Assembly (NCBI GenBank): GCA_965222075.1
Contig: OZ244937.1
Coordinates: forward strand, 1,248,001-1,312,000
Direction of reading: 5' to 3'
DNA from: Candidatus Latescibacterota bacterium
GTDB taxonomy: Bacteria; Latescibacterota; UBA2968; GCA-2709665
Length of the DNA stretch: 64,000 nt
Below the pieces are notes generated by a model, which had not been told where the DNA came from, made no database searches, and saw nothing but the letters and a program-made list of their open reading frames with translations. Below, one piece after another: positions 29,902 to 39,379 of this stretch (its first letter is position 1; every line of letters begins with the position of its first letter). Made by a program: the position numbers and the translations under genes.

Positions 29902-30177
29902 ATGTCCGTATCAAAACCCCGGTACAGCAAAGAGGAGTTCGCTCGTCGCGGCGATGAGATTTACGACCGGGACGTAAGCCCTCATGTTGAACCTGATGAC
30001 GAAGGTAAATTTGTGGTTATCGACATCGAGACGGGAGAATATGAGGTTGATCAGGACGAACTGGCTGCATCTGACCGGCTTCTTGCCCGCAGACTCGATG
30101 CACAAATGTGGACAAGACGTGTTGGATCCCGGTATGCCCGCCGATTTGGACCTCGCTACGGGGCGAGTGGGGCATGA
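29902..30177 (+). CDS. Small DUF5678-like protein
   Basis: AAGGAGG SD; YSKEEFARRGDEIY, GKFVVIDIETGEYE; family usually paired with a clan AA aspartic protease. Confidence 0.7.
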   Translation: MSVSKPRYSKEEFARRGDEIYDRDVSPHVEPDDEGKFVVIDIETGEYEVDQDELAASDRLLARRLDAQMWTRRVGSRYARRFGPRYGASGA

Positions 30178-30218
30178 TAACCGGCCATGTTACTGCATAT
30201 CGTGAGGGGGAGAACTGA
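30174..30218 (+). pseudogene. 5' stub of a clan AA aspartic protease gene
   Basis: ATGA-coupled MITGHVTAYRE matches the usual N-terminus of the partner protease and stops after 14 codons. Confidence 0.5.
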
Positions 30219-30221
30219 AAA

Positions 30222-32759
30222 ATGGCCCTGAAGAAGTCCCAACTCTATTCCTCACTCTGGCAAAGCTGCGACGAGTTGCGCGGCGGCATGGACGCCTCGC
30301 AGTACAAGGACTACGTCCTGACGCTGCTGTTCATGAAATACGTCTCGGACAAGCATGCCGGCAACCCCGACGCGCTCATCGAAGTGCCCGCGGGCGGCGG
30401 CTTCGCCGATATGGTGAAACTCAAGGGCGGCAAGGAGATCGGCGAAAAGATCAACAAGATCATCGGGCAACTCGCCGAGGCCAACGACCTCAAGGGTGTC
30501 ATCGATCAGGCCGACTTCAACGACGAGAGCAAGCTCGGCGGGGGCAAGGAGATGCAGGACCGGCTCTCCAGGCTGGTCGCCATATTCGACGGTCTCGACT
30601 TCCGAGCCAACCGGGCCGGGGGCGACGATCTGCTGGGCGACGCATACGAATACCTGATGCGGCACTTCGCCACCGAGTCGGGCAAGAGCAAGGGGCAGTT
30701 TTACACGCCGGCCGAGGTCTCCCGCATCATGGCGAAAGTGATCGGCATCGGCCCGGACACCCGCCCGGATCAGACGATCTACGATCCCACCTGCGGCTCC
30801 GGCTCGCTGCTGCTCAAAGCAGCCGACGAGGTGCCGGGAGGTATCACCATCTACGGCCAGGAGATGGATAACGCCACCTGGGCGCTGGCGCAGATGAATC
30901 TGATCCTGCACGACCACCCGACCGCTGAACTGTGGCGCGGCAACACACTGGCCGCCCCGTATTTCAAGAACCGGGACGGCAGCCTCAGGACCTTCGACTT
31001 CGCCGTTGCCAATCCGCCTTTCTCCGCCAAGGCCTGGTCCAGCGGTCTCAATCCGGAGCACGACGAGTACGGGCGCTTCGAGTACGGTATCCCTCCGGCC
31101 AAGAATGGCGACTACGCCTTCCTCCTGCATTTCATCGCATCGCTCAAGAGCAAGGGCAAGGGCGCGATCATCTTGCCGCACGGCGTGCTGTTCCGCGGCA
31201 ACAGGGAGGCCGATATCCGTAAGAATCTCATCCGACGCGGCCTCATCAAGGGCATCATCGGCCTGCCCGCCAACCTCTTCTACGGTACCGGCATCCCCGC
31301 CTGCATCCTGGTCATCGACAAGGAGAACGCCCACGCCCGCACCGGCATCTTCATGATCGACGCGAGCAAGGGTTTTCTCAAGGACGGCAACAAGAACCGC
31401 CTGCGCGCGCAGGACATCCACCGGATCGTGGAGGTGTTCAACAAGCAGACCGAATTGCCGCGCTCTTCCCGCATGGTGCCGGTAGCCGAGATCGCCAGCC
31501 CGGCCAACGACTATAACCTCAATATCCCGCGCTACATCGACTCCAGCGAGCCCGAGGATCTGCACGACCTCGACGCCCACCTGAACGGCGGCATCCCCGA
31601 CCCCGACCTTGACGCGCTCGACGACTACTGGACGGTCTTCCCCTCGCTGCGCCAGGCGCTGTTCGTGGGTAACGACCGAGCAGGCTACAGCGAGGCTCGC
31701 GTCGAGACGCAGCAGGTGAAGGCCGCCATCCTCGGCCACGACGAGTTCAAGGCTTACGAGCAGCGGGTCGCGGCCATCTTCGACGCCTGGCGCAAGGCCC
31801 ACGAGCCACTCCTTCGGGGTCTCGAGATCAACGCCCTCCCCAAAGAGATCATCCACACCCTGTCGGAAGATCTGCTCACGCGCTTCGCCAACCTGCCGCT
31901 GCTCGACCCCTACGACATCTACCAGAGGCTGCTGGACTATTGGGATGAGGAAATGCAGGACGACGTATACCTCATCGCTTCGGACGGCTGGCGAGCGGGC
32001 CGTACCCTTCGATCCGCCTATGACAAGGAAACGCCGGAATTCACGATCAAGAAGGGCAAAAAGACCTTCAAGTACGTTGGTGAACCGATTCCAGCATCTC
32101 TGGTAATCACGAAATTTTTCAGCACCAAACAGCAGGAACTGGAGCAACTTGAGGCGGAAGTCTCTAAATTGGCGGAACGTAAGAAGGAATTCGAAGAAGA
32201 ACATGGCGCCGACGATGGCGCTCTCAACGGCCTTGAAGGGAAAAGTGGTATCACCAAGGGTAATGTGCAGCAACGCGCCATCGAACTTAAGGAAGCCATC
32301 CTGAAGGCATATCCGGAAGGAACGCCGGAGCACGATCAGGCGAAGTCCATCAAGAAAACGACCTTTAGCGATCATAACTGGACCAAGAACATCAGGGACG
32401 AAGATGGCCTATTCGAGGAACTGGATATTCTTTACGACTATTTCCAGTTCATGACGGATGAGACGACTCAGAAGAAGGCGCACAAACAGGCACTGGACGC
32501 GCTGCACATGTCGGTGAAGGCGAAGTACGCCACGCTCACCGAGGCTGAAATCAAGACGCTGGTGGTCGAAGACAAGTGGCTCGCCAGCATCCGGTCCGAC
32601 GTTCAGGACGAGGTACAGCGGCTGACCCAACAACTCACCGGGCGCGTGAAGGAACTGGAAGAGCGCTACGCACGTCCGCTGCCGGAGCTGGAAGGGGAGG
32701 TGGATGATTTCAGCACGAGGGTCGAGGGACACCTGAAAAAGATGGGGATCTCGCTATGA
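30222..32759 (+). CDS. hsdM: Type I R-M methyltransferase subunit (long form)
   Basis: CDELRGGMDASQYKDY, GQFYTP, DPTCGSGSLL, ANPPF, LPHGVLFRG, YNLNIPRYI. Confidence 0.96.
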   Translation: MALKKSQLYSSLWQSCDELRGGMDASQYKDYVLTLLFMKYVSDKHAGNPDALIEVPAGGGFADMVKLKGGKEIGEKINKIIGQLAEANDLKGVIDQADFNDESKLGGGKEMQDRLSRLVAIFDGLDFRANRAGGDDLLGDAYEYLMRHFATESGKSKGQFYTPAEVSRIMAKVIGIGPDTRPDQTIYDPTCGSGSLLLKAADEVPGGITIYGQEMDNATWALAQMNLILHDHPTAELWRGNTLAAPYFKNRDGSLRTFDFAVANPPFSAKAWSSGLNPEHDEYGRFEYGIPPAKNGDYAFLLHFIASLKSKGKGAIILPHGVLFRGNREADIRKNLIRRGLIKGIIGLPANLFYGTGIPACILVIDKENAHARTGIFMIDASKGFLKDGNKNRLRAQDIHRIVEVFNKQTELPRSSRMVPVAEIASPANDYNLNIPRYIDSSEPEDLHDLDAHLNGGIPDPDLDALDDYWTVFPSLRQALFVGNDRAGYSEARVETQQVKAAILGHDEFKAYEQRVAAIFDAWRKAHEPLLRGLEINALPKEIIHTLSEDLLTRFANLPLLDPYDIYQRLLDYWDEEMQDDVYLIASDGWRAGRTLRSAYDKETPEFTIKKGKKTFKYVGEPIPASLVITKFFSTKQQELEQLEAEVSKLAERKKEFEEEHGADDGALNGLEGKSGITKGNVQQRAIELKEAILKAYPEGTPEHDQAKSIKKTTFSDHNWTKNIRDEDGLFEELDILYDYFQFMTDETTQKKAHKQALDALHMSVKAKYATLTEAEIKTLVVEDKWLASIRSDVQDEVQRLTQQLTGRVKELEERYARPLPELEGEVDDFSTRVEGHLKKMGISL

Positions 32760-33916
32760 ATCAAACGTTCGATTTCGAGAATCTCGTCGAGTTGTGTCGA
32801 CGAACCCACGAGGAAACACAACGCTCGGCAGCGCGAGTTGTCGATCGCTCACTCGTGGCACGAAACTATCTGTTCGGCTGGTATATCGTCGAGTATGAAC
32901 AGAACGGCGCGGACAGGGCGGAATACGGCAGCCAACTCCTGGACAGGGTCTCCAGTCGCCTGCAAAAGATCGGGATCAAGGGCAGTTCGGCGACCCGTCT
33001 GAAGCTCTACCGACGTTTCTATCAGCAGCAGAAGGGAATTGGGCCGACACTGTCGGCCCAATTGGCATCCCTGGCGTCCGTTGACGGAACTCCTGAGATT
33101 CGACCGACAGCGTCGGACGAATCCGTTTCCCCACTGTCCTCCGCATCGCGTCCCCTGGAAAACGCAATTGTCCTGCTCGAAGACCGATTCTCCCTGGGCT
33201 GGTCCCACTACGTCACCCTCCTGACCATCGACAACCCCGAAGAACGCCGTTTTTACGAGCTTGAGGCCGCGGGCAACGGCTGGAGCGTACGCGAGCTGGA
33301 GCGGCAAATCGCCAGCTCCCTGTACGAGCGGCTTGCACTAAGTCGTGACAAGGGGGAAGTTCGCCGGCTTGCCAGCGAGGGGCAGGTGATCGAAAAAGCA
33401 TCAGACCTGATCAAGAACCCGCTGGTGCTGGAGTTTCTTGGGTTGGAGGAAAAGCCCGCCTATTCAGAGAGTGAACTGGAAACGGCGATCATTGACCGGC
33501 TTCAGCACTTCTTGCTCGAGTTGGGCAAGGGGTTCCTGTTCGAGGCGCGGCAGAAGCGGTTTACTTTCGACAACAGCCATTTCCGCGTAGACCTCGTTTT
33601 CTACAACCGGCTGCTGCGCTGCTACGTTCTGATCGACCTCAAACGTGGCAAATTGACCCATCAGGACCTGGGCCAGATGCAAATGTACGTCAATTACTTC
33701 GACCGCTACGTGAAGACTGACGACGAACTTCCGACCATCGGCATCGTGCTCTGTGGCCGTAAGAACGATGCCATGGTTGAGCTGACACTACCGGAAGAAG
33801 CCAATATCTATGCATCAAAATACCAGCTCTATCTGCCGTCGAAACAAGAACTTGCAGCCCAACTGGAGAGTGTCTGGAGAGAACTTGAAAACCGGGAAGG
33901 CGAAGACAATAAATAA
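32756..33916 (+). CDS. YhcG/DUF1016 PD-(D/E)XK nuclease-domain protein
   Basis: LGWSHY, WSVRELERQI, FLLELGKGF, DLVFYNRLL, IDLK, DLGQMQMYV. Confidence 0.92.
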   Translation: MNQTFDFENLVELCRRTHEETQRSAARVVDRSLVARNYLFGWYIVEYEQNGADRAEYGSQLLDRVSSRLQKIGIKGSSATRLKLYRRFYQQQKGIGPTLSAQLASLASVDGTPEIRPTASDESVSPLSSASRPLENAIVLLEDRFSLGWSHYVTLLTIDNPEERRFYELEAAGNGWSVRELERQIASSLYERLALSRDKGEVRRLASEGQVIEKASDLIKNPLVLEFLGLEEKPAYSESELETAIIDRLQHFLLELGKGFLFEARQKRFTFDNSHFRVDLVFYNRLLRCYVLIDLKRGKLTHQDLGQMQMYVNYFDRYVKTDDELPTIGIVLCGRKNDAMVELTLPEEANIYASKYQLYLPSKQELAAQLESVWRELENREGEDNK

Positions 33917-33994
33917 GCGTCAGGTCACGATGGACGAGCATAAAAAGATACGATCCGTTATATTTTGGCATCAGCAACAGTGAAGGAGGGCATC

Positions 33995-34231
33995 ATGCCA
34001 GACCGTTACGTTACGAAGCATCCAAAGGGGTGGGCAGTGAAGGCACCGAGTGCCGCACGCGCGAGCACCGTTCATGGGACGCAGCGGGAGGCCGAGAAGG
34101 CGGCGAAACAGATTGTGGCTAATCTTGGCGGCGGAGAGGTCCGTATCCAAGGACGCGATGGCAGATGGCGCGACTCGGACACGGTACCGCCGGGCAACGA
34201 CCCGAACCCGCCACACGACAAGAAGCATTAA
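33995..34231 (+). CDS. DUF2188 family protein
   Basis: GWAVK, TQREA, IQGRDGRWRDSDT, GNDPNPP. Confidence 0.85.
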   Translation: MPDRYVTKHPKGWAVKAPSAARASTVHGTQREAEKAAKQIVANLGGGEVRIQGRDGRWRDSDTVPPGNDPNPPHDKKH

Positions 34232-34252
34232 ATGAGGGAAAGGAGCAGTCCG

Positions 34253-34373
34253 ATGAGGGTACTTATTCGGGCTTTGAATCATCGTCATAGGCGATGTCGA
34301 CTTGCTCTTTCTCAACCCATTTCTCGGCGTAGAGATCGTAACGCCCGCCGAGTTCCTGAAGTCGTCTGCCTGA
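34253..34373 (+). pseudogene. PIN-family toxin gene with a large internal deletion
   Basis: SD + MRVLI start, then out-of-frame IVIGDVDLLFLNPFLGVEIVTPAEFL*, the typical PIN_3 C-terminus. Confidence 0.7.
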
Positions 34374-34449
34374 CCATGAGAGCCGTACGCCGGGATGGCG
34401 AGAGCCTTCGTCCAACTATCGGGGGCGCGCTGCCGCCGTTCGAGGACAG

Positions 34450-35685
34450 GTGAACGTGATGAATAGCGAGCAAAAGACAATGGGTAATGCCCTTGGAGAC
34501 GGACGCCGTTCGCTACCGAGAGAGGTGCAAGCTGGTTACAAGCGCACCGAGGTGGGCGTGATTCCGGAAGAGTGGGATGTAGCCAGAATCGACCAAAATG
34601 CATCCATCAAGACCGGCTCGAAGAATACACAGGACAAGCAAGACGACGGCGACTATCCGTTCTTTGTACGATCTCAGGAAGTCGAGCGCATCAGTTCCTA
34701 TTCGTACGATGGCGAAGCCGTGTTGACAGCGGGTGATGGAGTCGGAACCGGAAAGGTGTTCCACTACATCCAAGGCCAGTTCGACGTACACCAACGGGTC
34801 TACCGGATTACCGACTTCTCTGATCAACTCAATGGCCGCTACTTCTTCTACCAGTTCAGCACGGATTTCTACAATCGCATCATGTCCATGACGGCGAAGT
34901 CATCCGTCGACTCCGTTCGGCTGGAGATGATCGCCGGCATGCAGATTCCATTGCCTCCCCCGGACGAACAACGCGCCATCGCCGAGGCGTTGTCGGATGT
35001 GGATGGGTTGCTCGCGGCGGTGGAGGCGCTGATCGTCAAGAAGCGGGCCATCAAGCAGGCCGCCATGCAGCAACTCCTCACCGGCAAGACCCGCCTGCCG
35101 GGCTTCAGTGGGGAATGGACCGAAAAACCGCTTATTGAGCTTGTGACTATCACGATGGGACAATCACCACCTTCAATGTTCTACAACCTGCGCGGGGAAG
35201 GCCTGCCCTTGATTCAAGGGAATGCAGACATCGAAGATCGTCGAACGATTGACCGCGTGTGGACCACACATGCGAGCAAGTATTGTGACTCAGACGATCT
35301 GCTGCTTACTGTACGGGCACCCGTTGGAGCCATCGCAGTTGCGAGTAAAAATGCATGTCTTGGACGTGGGGTGTGCGGACTAAAACCTATTGGTGACTCT
35401 GCGTTTTTGTTCCATGCTTTGGTTCATGCGGAGGGCCGTTGGCAGATTTTCGAACAAGGCAGCACGTTTACTGCGGCGAACTCGGAACAGGTTGGACAGT
35501 TTCGAATTCGTGTTTCCAGCGATGAGAACGAACAGTCCGCCATCGCCGCTGTTCTCTCCGACATGGATGCCGAGATCGCCATGCTGGAACGACGTCGGAA
35601 CAAGATCCACGCCATCAAGCAGGGCATGATGCAGCAGCTTCTCACCGGCCGGGTGCGGCTGGTAGGCGTTTCGGGAAACGAATGA
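34450..35685 (+). CDS. hsdS: Type I R-M specificity subunit
   Basis: GYKRTEVGVIPEEW; two TRDs each followed by the conserved EQxAIA..IKQxxMQQLLTG helix. Confidence 0.95.
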   Translation: MNVMNSEQKTMGNALGDGRRSLPREVQAGYKRTEVGVIPEEWDVARIDQNASIKTGSKNTQDKQDDGDYPFFVRSQEVERISSYSYDGEAVLTAGDGVGTGKVFHYIQGQFDVHQRVYRITDFSDQLNGRYFFYQFSTDFYNRIMSMTAKSSVDSVRLEMIAGMQIPLPPPDEQRAIAEALSDVDGLLAAVEALIVKKRAIKQAAMQQLLTGKTRLPGFSGEWTEKPLIELVTITMGQSPPSMFYNLRGEGLPLIQGNADIEDRRTIDRVWTTHASKYCDSDDLLLTVRAPVGAIAVASKNACLGRGVCGLKPIGDSAFLFHALVHAEGRWQIFEQGSTFTAANSEQVGQFRIRVSSDENEQSAIAAVLSDMDAEIAMLERRRNKIHAIKQGMMQQLLTGRVRLVGVSGNE

Positions 35686-37565
35686 CTATGTCTCATGATC
35701 GTTGCCAAGAAGATCTAATCCTGACCGTGAGGGACTTTGCCGGTTGTGGCTGGAAGGCGGCATTGGCTGGGACTACCCGGGAAGACTATTACTCAATGTC
35801 GAACGCTTTCTTTTCTGCCGCCAAGCAGGCTATCAGCGAAGACCGCCAAGCTCATGGCAAGGTGCTGGAGTTGCTGGCTCATGTCTGTTCGATGATGCTG
35901 TCGTCCGACAGTATCAACGAGCCTTTCAAGCCCTTGACGGTGTTGGGTGGTCAGCGGTCGATGACCCCAGACGATTTATCCGAAGATGACGTCACCTTTT
36001 TCGTGCAGATCGTTGATTACATTGATGATCCGTGGCTCAAGGCACGTCTGGCCGATCTGGTCTGGCTCTTACAAAGCACCCGTGATGTCAAGTTCGCCTT
36101 GGCGGCTATCGATAGCTATCGGTCTATCCCGTTGGACACAGAGACCTGGGTACGTGACGGAGATGAATGCTGGCAGAGGGCAATCAATCTGGCTCGCCTG
36201 CTCAGAGCAGGAGCTGGCGAGCGTCTTGCCAAAATTGAAGCCTCGATCATCAAAGCATTCACGTCGGTGACGAGTCAGGATGGCTTTCTCGGCTATTGGT
36301 TAGCCGATCTGCTCAAGTCTAACGCCCTCGGAAAGGATCACTCAACCAAGATCGCGACAAAGCTCCAGTCTTTGGCTCACGAGTTTGACGTTGCAGGTGA
36401 GCTCCACAAAGCACGCGAATACTTCCAAGCATCAGCCGACTGGTTTAAGGTGTCTGAAGACGATGAGCAGTCAACTGCAATGACAGTCAGGGTAGCCGAG
36501 AACTGGGTCAAAGAGGCTGTCGCCAGATTGTCGTCGGACCAACCGAGTCACATGGTCGCCGTGACCTACTACGAGAATGCCATCCAGACTTACCGTACTA
36601 TTCCCAAATCAATACGTGCGCCGCATCGGGTGGAGGATCGAATTGTGGAGTTACGGAGGTATCTCAACGAATCTGGAAAGAAATCATTGGGTGAGATGGG
36701 TGTTATCCGCAGTCCTGGTGTGGACATCAGTCAAATTGTCAAAGATGCCCGTAATTCAGTGAGGGGCAAGGCGTTAGATGAGGCATTGAAGGCATTTGTC
36801 AACCAGCTTGAGGGCGAGAACACCAAGGAACTGCGCGAAAGTACGATTGAGCAAATGCGTAGCTATCCGGTGCAATCCTTGTTTTCCGGAACGTTAATGA
36901 GTCGTGATGGCCGCGTCATTGCAAAACAGCCTGGAACGGGTCTCAGCACCACACTCTCTGATGGCGATGAGGCTGATGACAACGAGGTGGTTATCCGCTC
37001 CAAGATGGTCGAAAATTACCGCTTTCATGTCGATCTTGCCGTTCGGGGTTACATCTGGCCTGCACAAGAGATTCTGCTTCTGGAACACCGCTTGCGGGAA
37101 GCCGATTTTGTCGATCTTGCCAGGCAATCTCCCATCGTGCCCACGGGGCGTGAACTGCTTTTCGGCAAAGCATTGTTCGCAGGTTATGACCGAGATTTTA
37201 TCACGGCTCTCCATATCCTGGTGCCACAGATCGAGCACATGGTGCGCTGCCACTTGAAACAAGCAGGAGTGCAAACGACAAATATAGACGTCAACGGCAT
37301 AGAGAATGAAAACGGTCTAAGCTCGCTTATGGATCTTCCACAGGCGGAAGAGATATTCGGCGAGGATCTGAGCTTTGAGATCAAGGCGCTGTTCTGCGAC
37401 CCCTTTGGGCCGAATCTCCGGAATAAACTCGCACACGGCTTGCTCGATGACAAGGAGTGTCAGTCTGTCTACGCGATCTATGCCTGGTGGTTTGGGTTGA
37501 AGCTCGTATTCTTTTGGAATGCTTTACGCATTGACGCCGAACAAAGCGAACAAAGCGAGGAGTAA
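35682..37565 (+). CDS. DUF4209-domain protein with HEPN-type RxxxxH motif
   Basis: LVPQIEHMVR, GPNLRNKLAHG; ATGA-coupled to hsdS. Confidence 0.8.
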   Translation: MTMSHDRCQEDLILTVRDFAGCGWKAALAGTTREDYYSMSNAFFSAAKQAISEDRQAHGKVLELLAHVCSMMLSSDSINEPFKPLTVLGGQRSMTPDDLSEDDVTFFVQIVDYIDDPWLKARLADLVWLLQSTRDVKFALAAIDSYRSIPLDTETWVRDGDECWQRAINLARLLRAGAGERLAKIEASIIKAFTSVTSQDGFLGYWLADLLKSNALGKDHSTKIATKLQSLAHEFDVAGELHKAREYFQASADWFKVSEDDEQSTAMTVRVAENWVKEAVARLSSDQPSHMVAVTYYENAIQTYRTIPKSIRAPHRVEDRIVELRRYLNESGKKSLGEMGVIRSPGVDISQIVKDARNSVRGKALDEALKAFVNQLEGENTKELRESTIEQMRSYPVQSLFSGTLMSRDGRVIAKQPGTGLSTTLSDGDEADDNEVVIRSKMVENYRFHVDLAVRGYIWPAQEILLLEHRLREADFVDLARQSPIVPTGRELLFGKALFAGYDRDFITALHILVPQIEHMVRCHLKQAGVQTTNIDVNGIENENGLSSLMDLPQAEEIFGEDLSFEIKALFCDPFGPNLRNKLAHGLLDDKECQSVYAIYAWWFGLKLVFFWNALRIDAEQSEQSEE

Positions 37566-37732
37566 TGAGCACGGTCGGCGAGCGGGAGACCCGCATACAG
37601 CAACGCGTGGTCGCGTTCTTCCAGGACGCTCTCGGCTGCGCCCGTCTTGTCTTCTTGGACACCAACCTTGTCCGGACAGTCGAGAAATACCGGAAGCTGT
37701 TCGACGGCGGCGGTAAACAGGTTTTAACATGA
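37565..37732 (+). pseudogene. hsdR 5' relic fused to unrelated sequence (55-codon mini ORF)
   Basis: MSTVGERETRIQQRVVAFFQDALGCARL versus HsdR MSTVGEREIRTQQRVIDFFQDALGYAYL (22/28 aa); coupled to both neighbours. Confidence 0.85.
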
Positions 37733-39021
37733 CGCCACTTCGCATCTTTATCAGCAGCGTACAAACGGAGTTTGCACAGGAACGCGAGGCGCTACGCGAT
37801 TATCTGCGCGGAGACCCGCTGATGCGGCGGTTCTTCGAGGTGTTCCTGTTCGAGGACGTTCCGGCGTCGGATCGGCGGCCCGATGCGCTCTATCTGGACG
37901 AAGTGGAGCACTGCGACATCTACGTGGGGTTGTTTGGGAGCGAATACGGTACCGAGGACAAGGAAGGGCTATCGCCGACGGAACGGGAGTTTGACCGCGC
38001 GCGCGAGGTTGGCACGCATCGCCTGATTTTCGTGAAAGGGGCGGAGATCTGCGCCCGACATCCGAAGATGCGAGCGTTGATCGGTAAGGCGCAGGCGGGG
38101 CTGATCCGGAAACGATTCAATAGCCCGGAAGAACTGGTAACCAGGCTCTATGCGGCGTTGGTGGATTACCTGGAAGCCAAAGAATTGATCCGCTGGGGGC
38201 CATTCGATGCGGCGCCCTGCACGAAGGCGGCGCTGGACGATCTCAACTTCGAGCGAATCATTCGATTCATCCGCACGGCGCGCAGGGCCAGGCAGTTCCC
38301 GCTGACGGAAGATTCGTCCCCCGAGGAATTGCTGGAGCATCTGAATCTGTTGAACGACGGGCGATTGACGAACGCGGCGGTATTGTTGTTCGGAAAGTCG
38401 CCGCAGCGGTTTCTGATCTCCTCCGAGATCAAGTGTGCCCACTTCCACGGTACGGAGGTCGCCAAGCCGATTCCGTCCTACCAGGTCTATAAGGGCACGG
38501 CGTTCGATCTGGTTGACCAGGCGGTGGACTTCGTACTGAGCAAGATCAATCGGTCAATAGGCACGCGGGCGGAGAGCGTCCAGGTTCCCGTGACCTATGA
38601 GATTCCGAAGGAGGTCGTGACCGAAGCCATCGTCAACGCGGTGGTCCACCGCGACTACACGGACAACGGCAGCGTGCAGGTCATGCTCTTCACAGATCGG
38701 TTGGAGGTCTGGAATCCCGGACGACTGCCATCGCCGCTGACACTGGAGAAACTGCGTGTTGCGCACAGGTCGGTGCCCGGCAACCCTTTGCTGGCGGAGT
38801 CTATGTACCTTGCCGAATACATCGAACGGATGGGGACGGGAACGCTGGACATGATTCGCCGATGCGTCAAGACCGGTTTGCCGGAACCGGAGTTCGCCGT
38901 CACCGATGGATTCGTCGCGAGGATCTGGCGGAAAGGGCCCACGGATGAAGCGTTGCAGCCAGAGCAAGGCGGGGGCAAGTCGGGGTGCAAGATAGGGGGC
39001 AAGCTGGGGTCCGGGACGTAG
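37729..39021 (+). CDS. DUF4062 + RecG-C (HATPase_c_4) protein; C-terminal winged helix is in another frame
   Basis: RIFISSV, YVGLFG, SPTEREF (DUF4062); EAIVNAVVHRDY, VWNPG, NPLLA, IERMGTG. Confidence 0.85.
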   Translation: MTPLRIFISSVQTEFAQEREALRDYLRGDPLMRRFFEVFLFEDVPASDRRPDALYLDEVEHCDIYVGLFGSEYGTEDKEGLSPTEREFDRAREVGTHRLIFVKGAEICARHPKMRALIGKAQAGLIRKRFNSPEELVTRLYAALVDYLEAKELIRWGPFDAAPCTKAALDDLNFERIIRFIRTARRARQFPLTEDSSPEELLEHLNLLNDGRLTNAAVLLFGKSPQRFLISSEIKCAHFHGTEVAKPIPSYQVYKGTAFDLVDQAVDFVLSKINRSIGTRAESVQVPVTYEIPKEVVTEAIVNAVVHRDYTDNGSVQVMLFTDRLEVWNPGRLPSPLTLEKLRVAHRSVPGNPLLAESMYLAEYIERMGTGTLDMIRRCVKTGLPEPEFAVTDGFVARIWRKGPTDEALQPEQGGGKSGCKIGGKLGSGT

Positions 39022-39329
39022 AATATGACAACGTCACAGGGCAAGCTGGGGTGCAAGCTGGGGTGCAAGCTGAATCTTCAGCCAGGGACGTTGCCATGCT
39101 GCAAGCGTGTATTCCAGGAGCGGCTACGAGTAGAGAGTTGTGGGTGGTCGCGGGATATTCGACCCGAACGAGAAGCTTCGAGCAGCGGCTTAGACGACTC
39201 TTGGCTGATGAGTTGCTGGAAATGACTGTCCCCGACAAACCGAGAAGTCCATTGCAGAAGTACCGGCTGACGGACAGGGGACGGGCCGCTGTCGCAGGTC
39301 TGAAAACAAGGAGCACACAGAGCGGATGA
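38985..39329 (+). pseudogene. Fic/RecG-type C-terminal winged-helix module, copy 1
   Basis: QAGV repeats then LLEMTVPDKPRSPLQKYRLT; out of frame with 37729..39021. Confidence 0.7.
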
Positions 39330-39379
39330 GCAGTTGTCATTGCGCTTCGGTTAAATTTGTCGGATAGGGAGGCTCTCAG

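Noticed and set aside
33905-33945. Possible hsdS 5' relic after yhcG (INKRQVTMD versus MNSEQKTMG)
   Set aside because: Similarity too short and weak to support.
34960-35660. hsdS internal repeats as a shufflon
   Set aside because: These are the normal two conserved helical regions in direct orientation; no silent hsdS copies or invertase.
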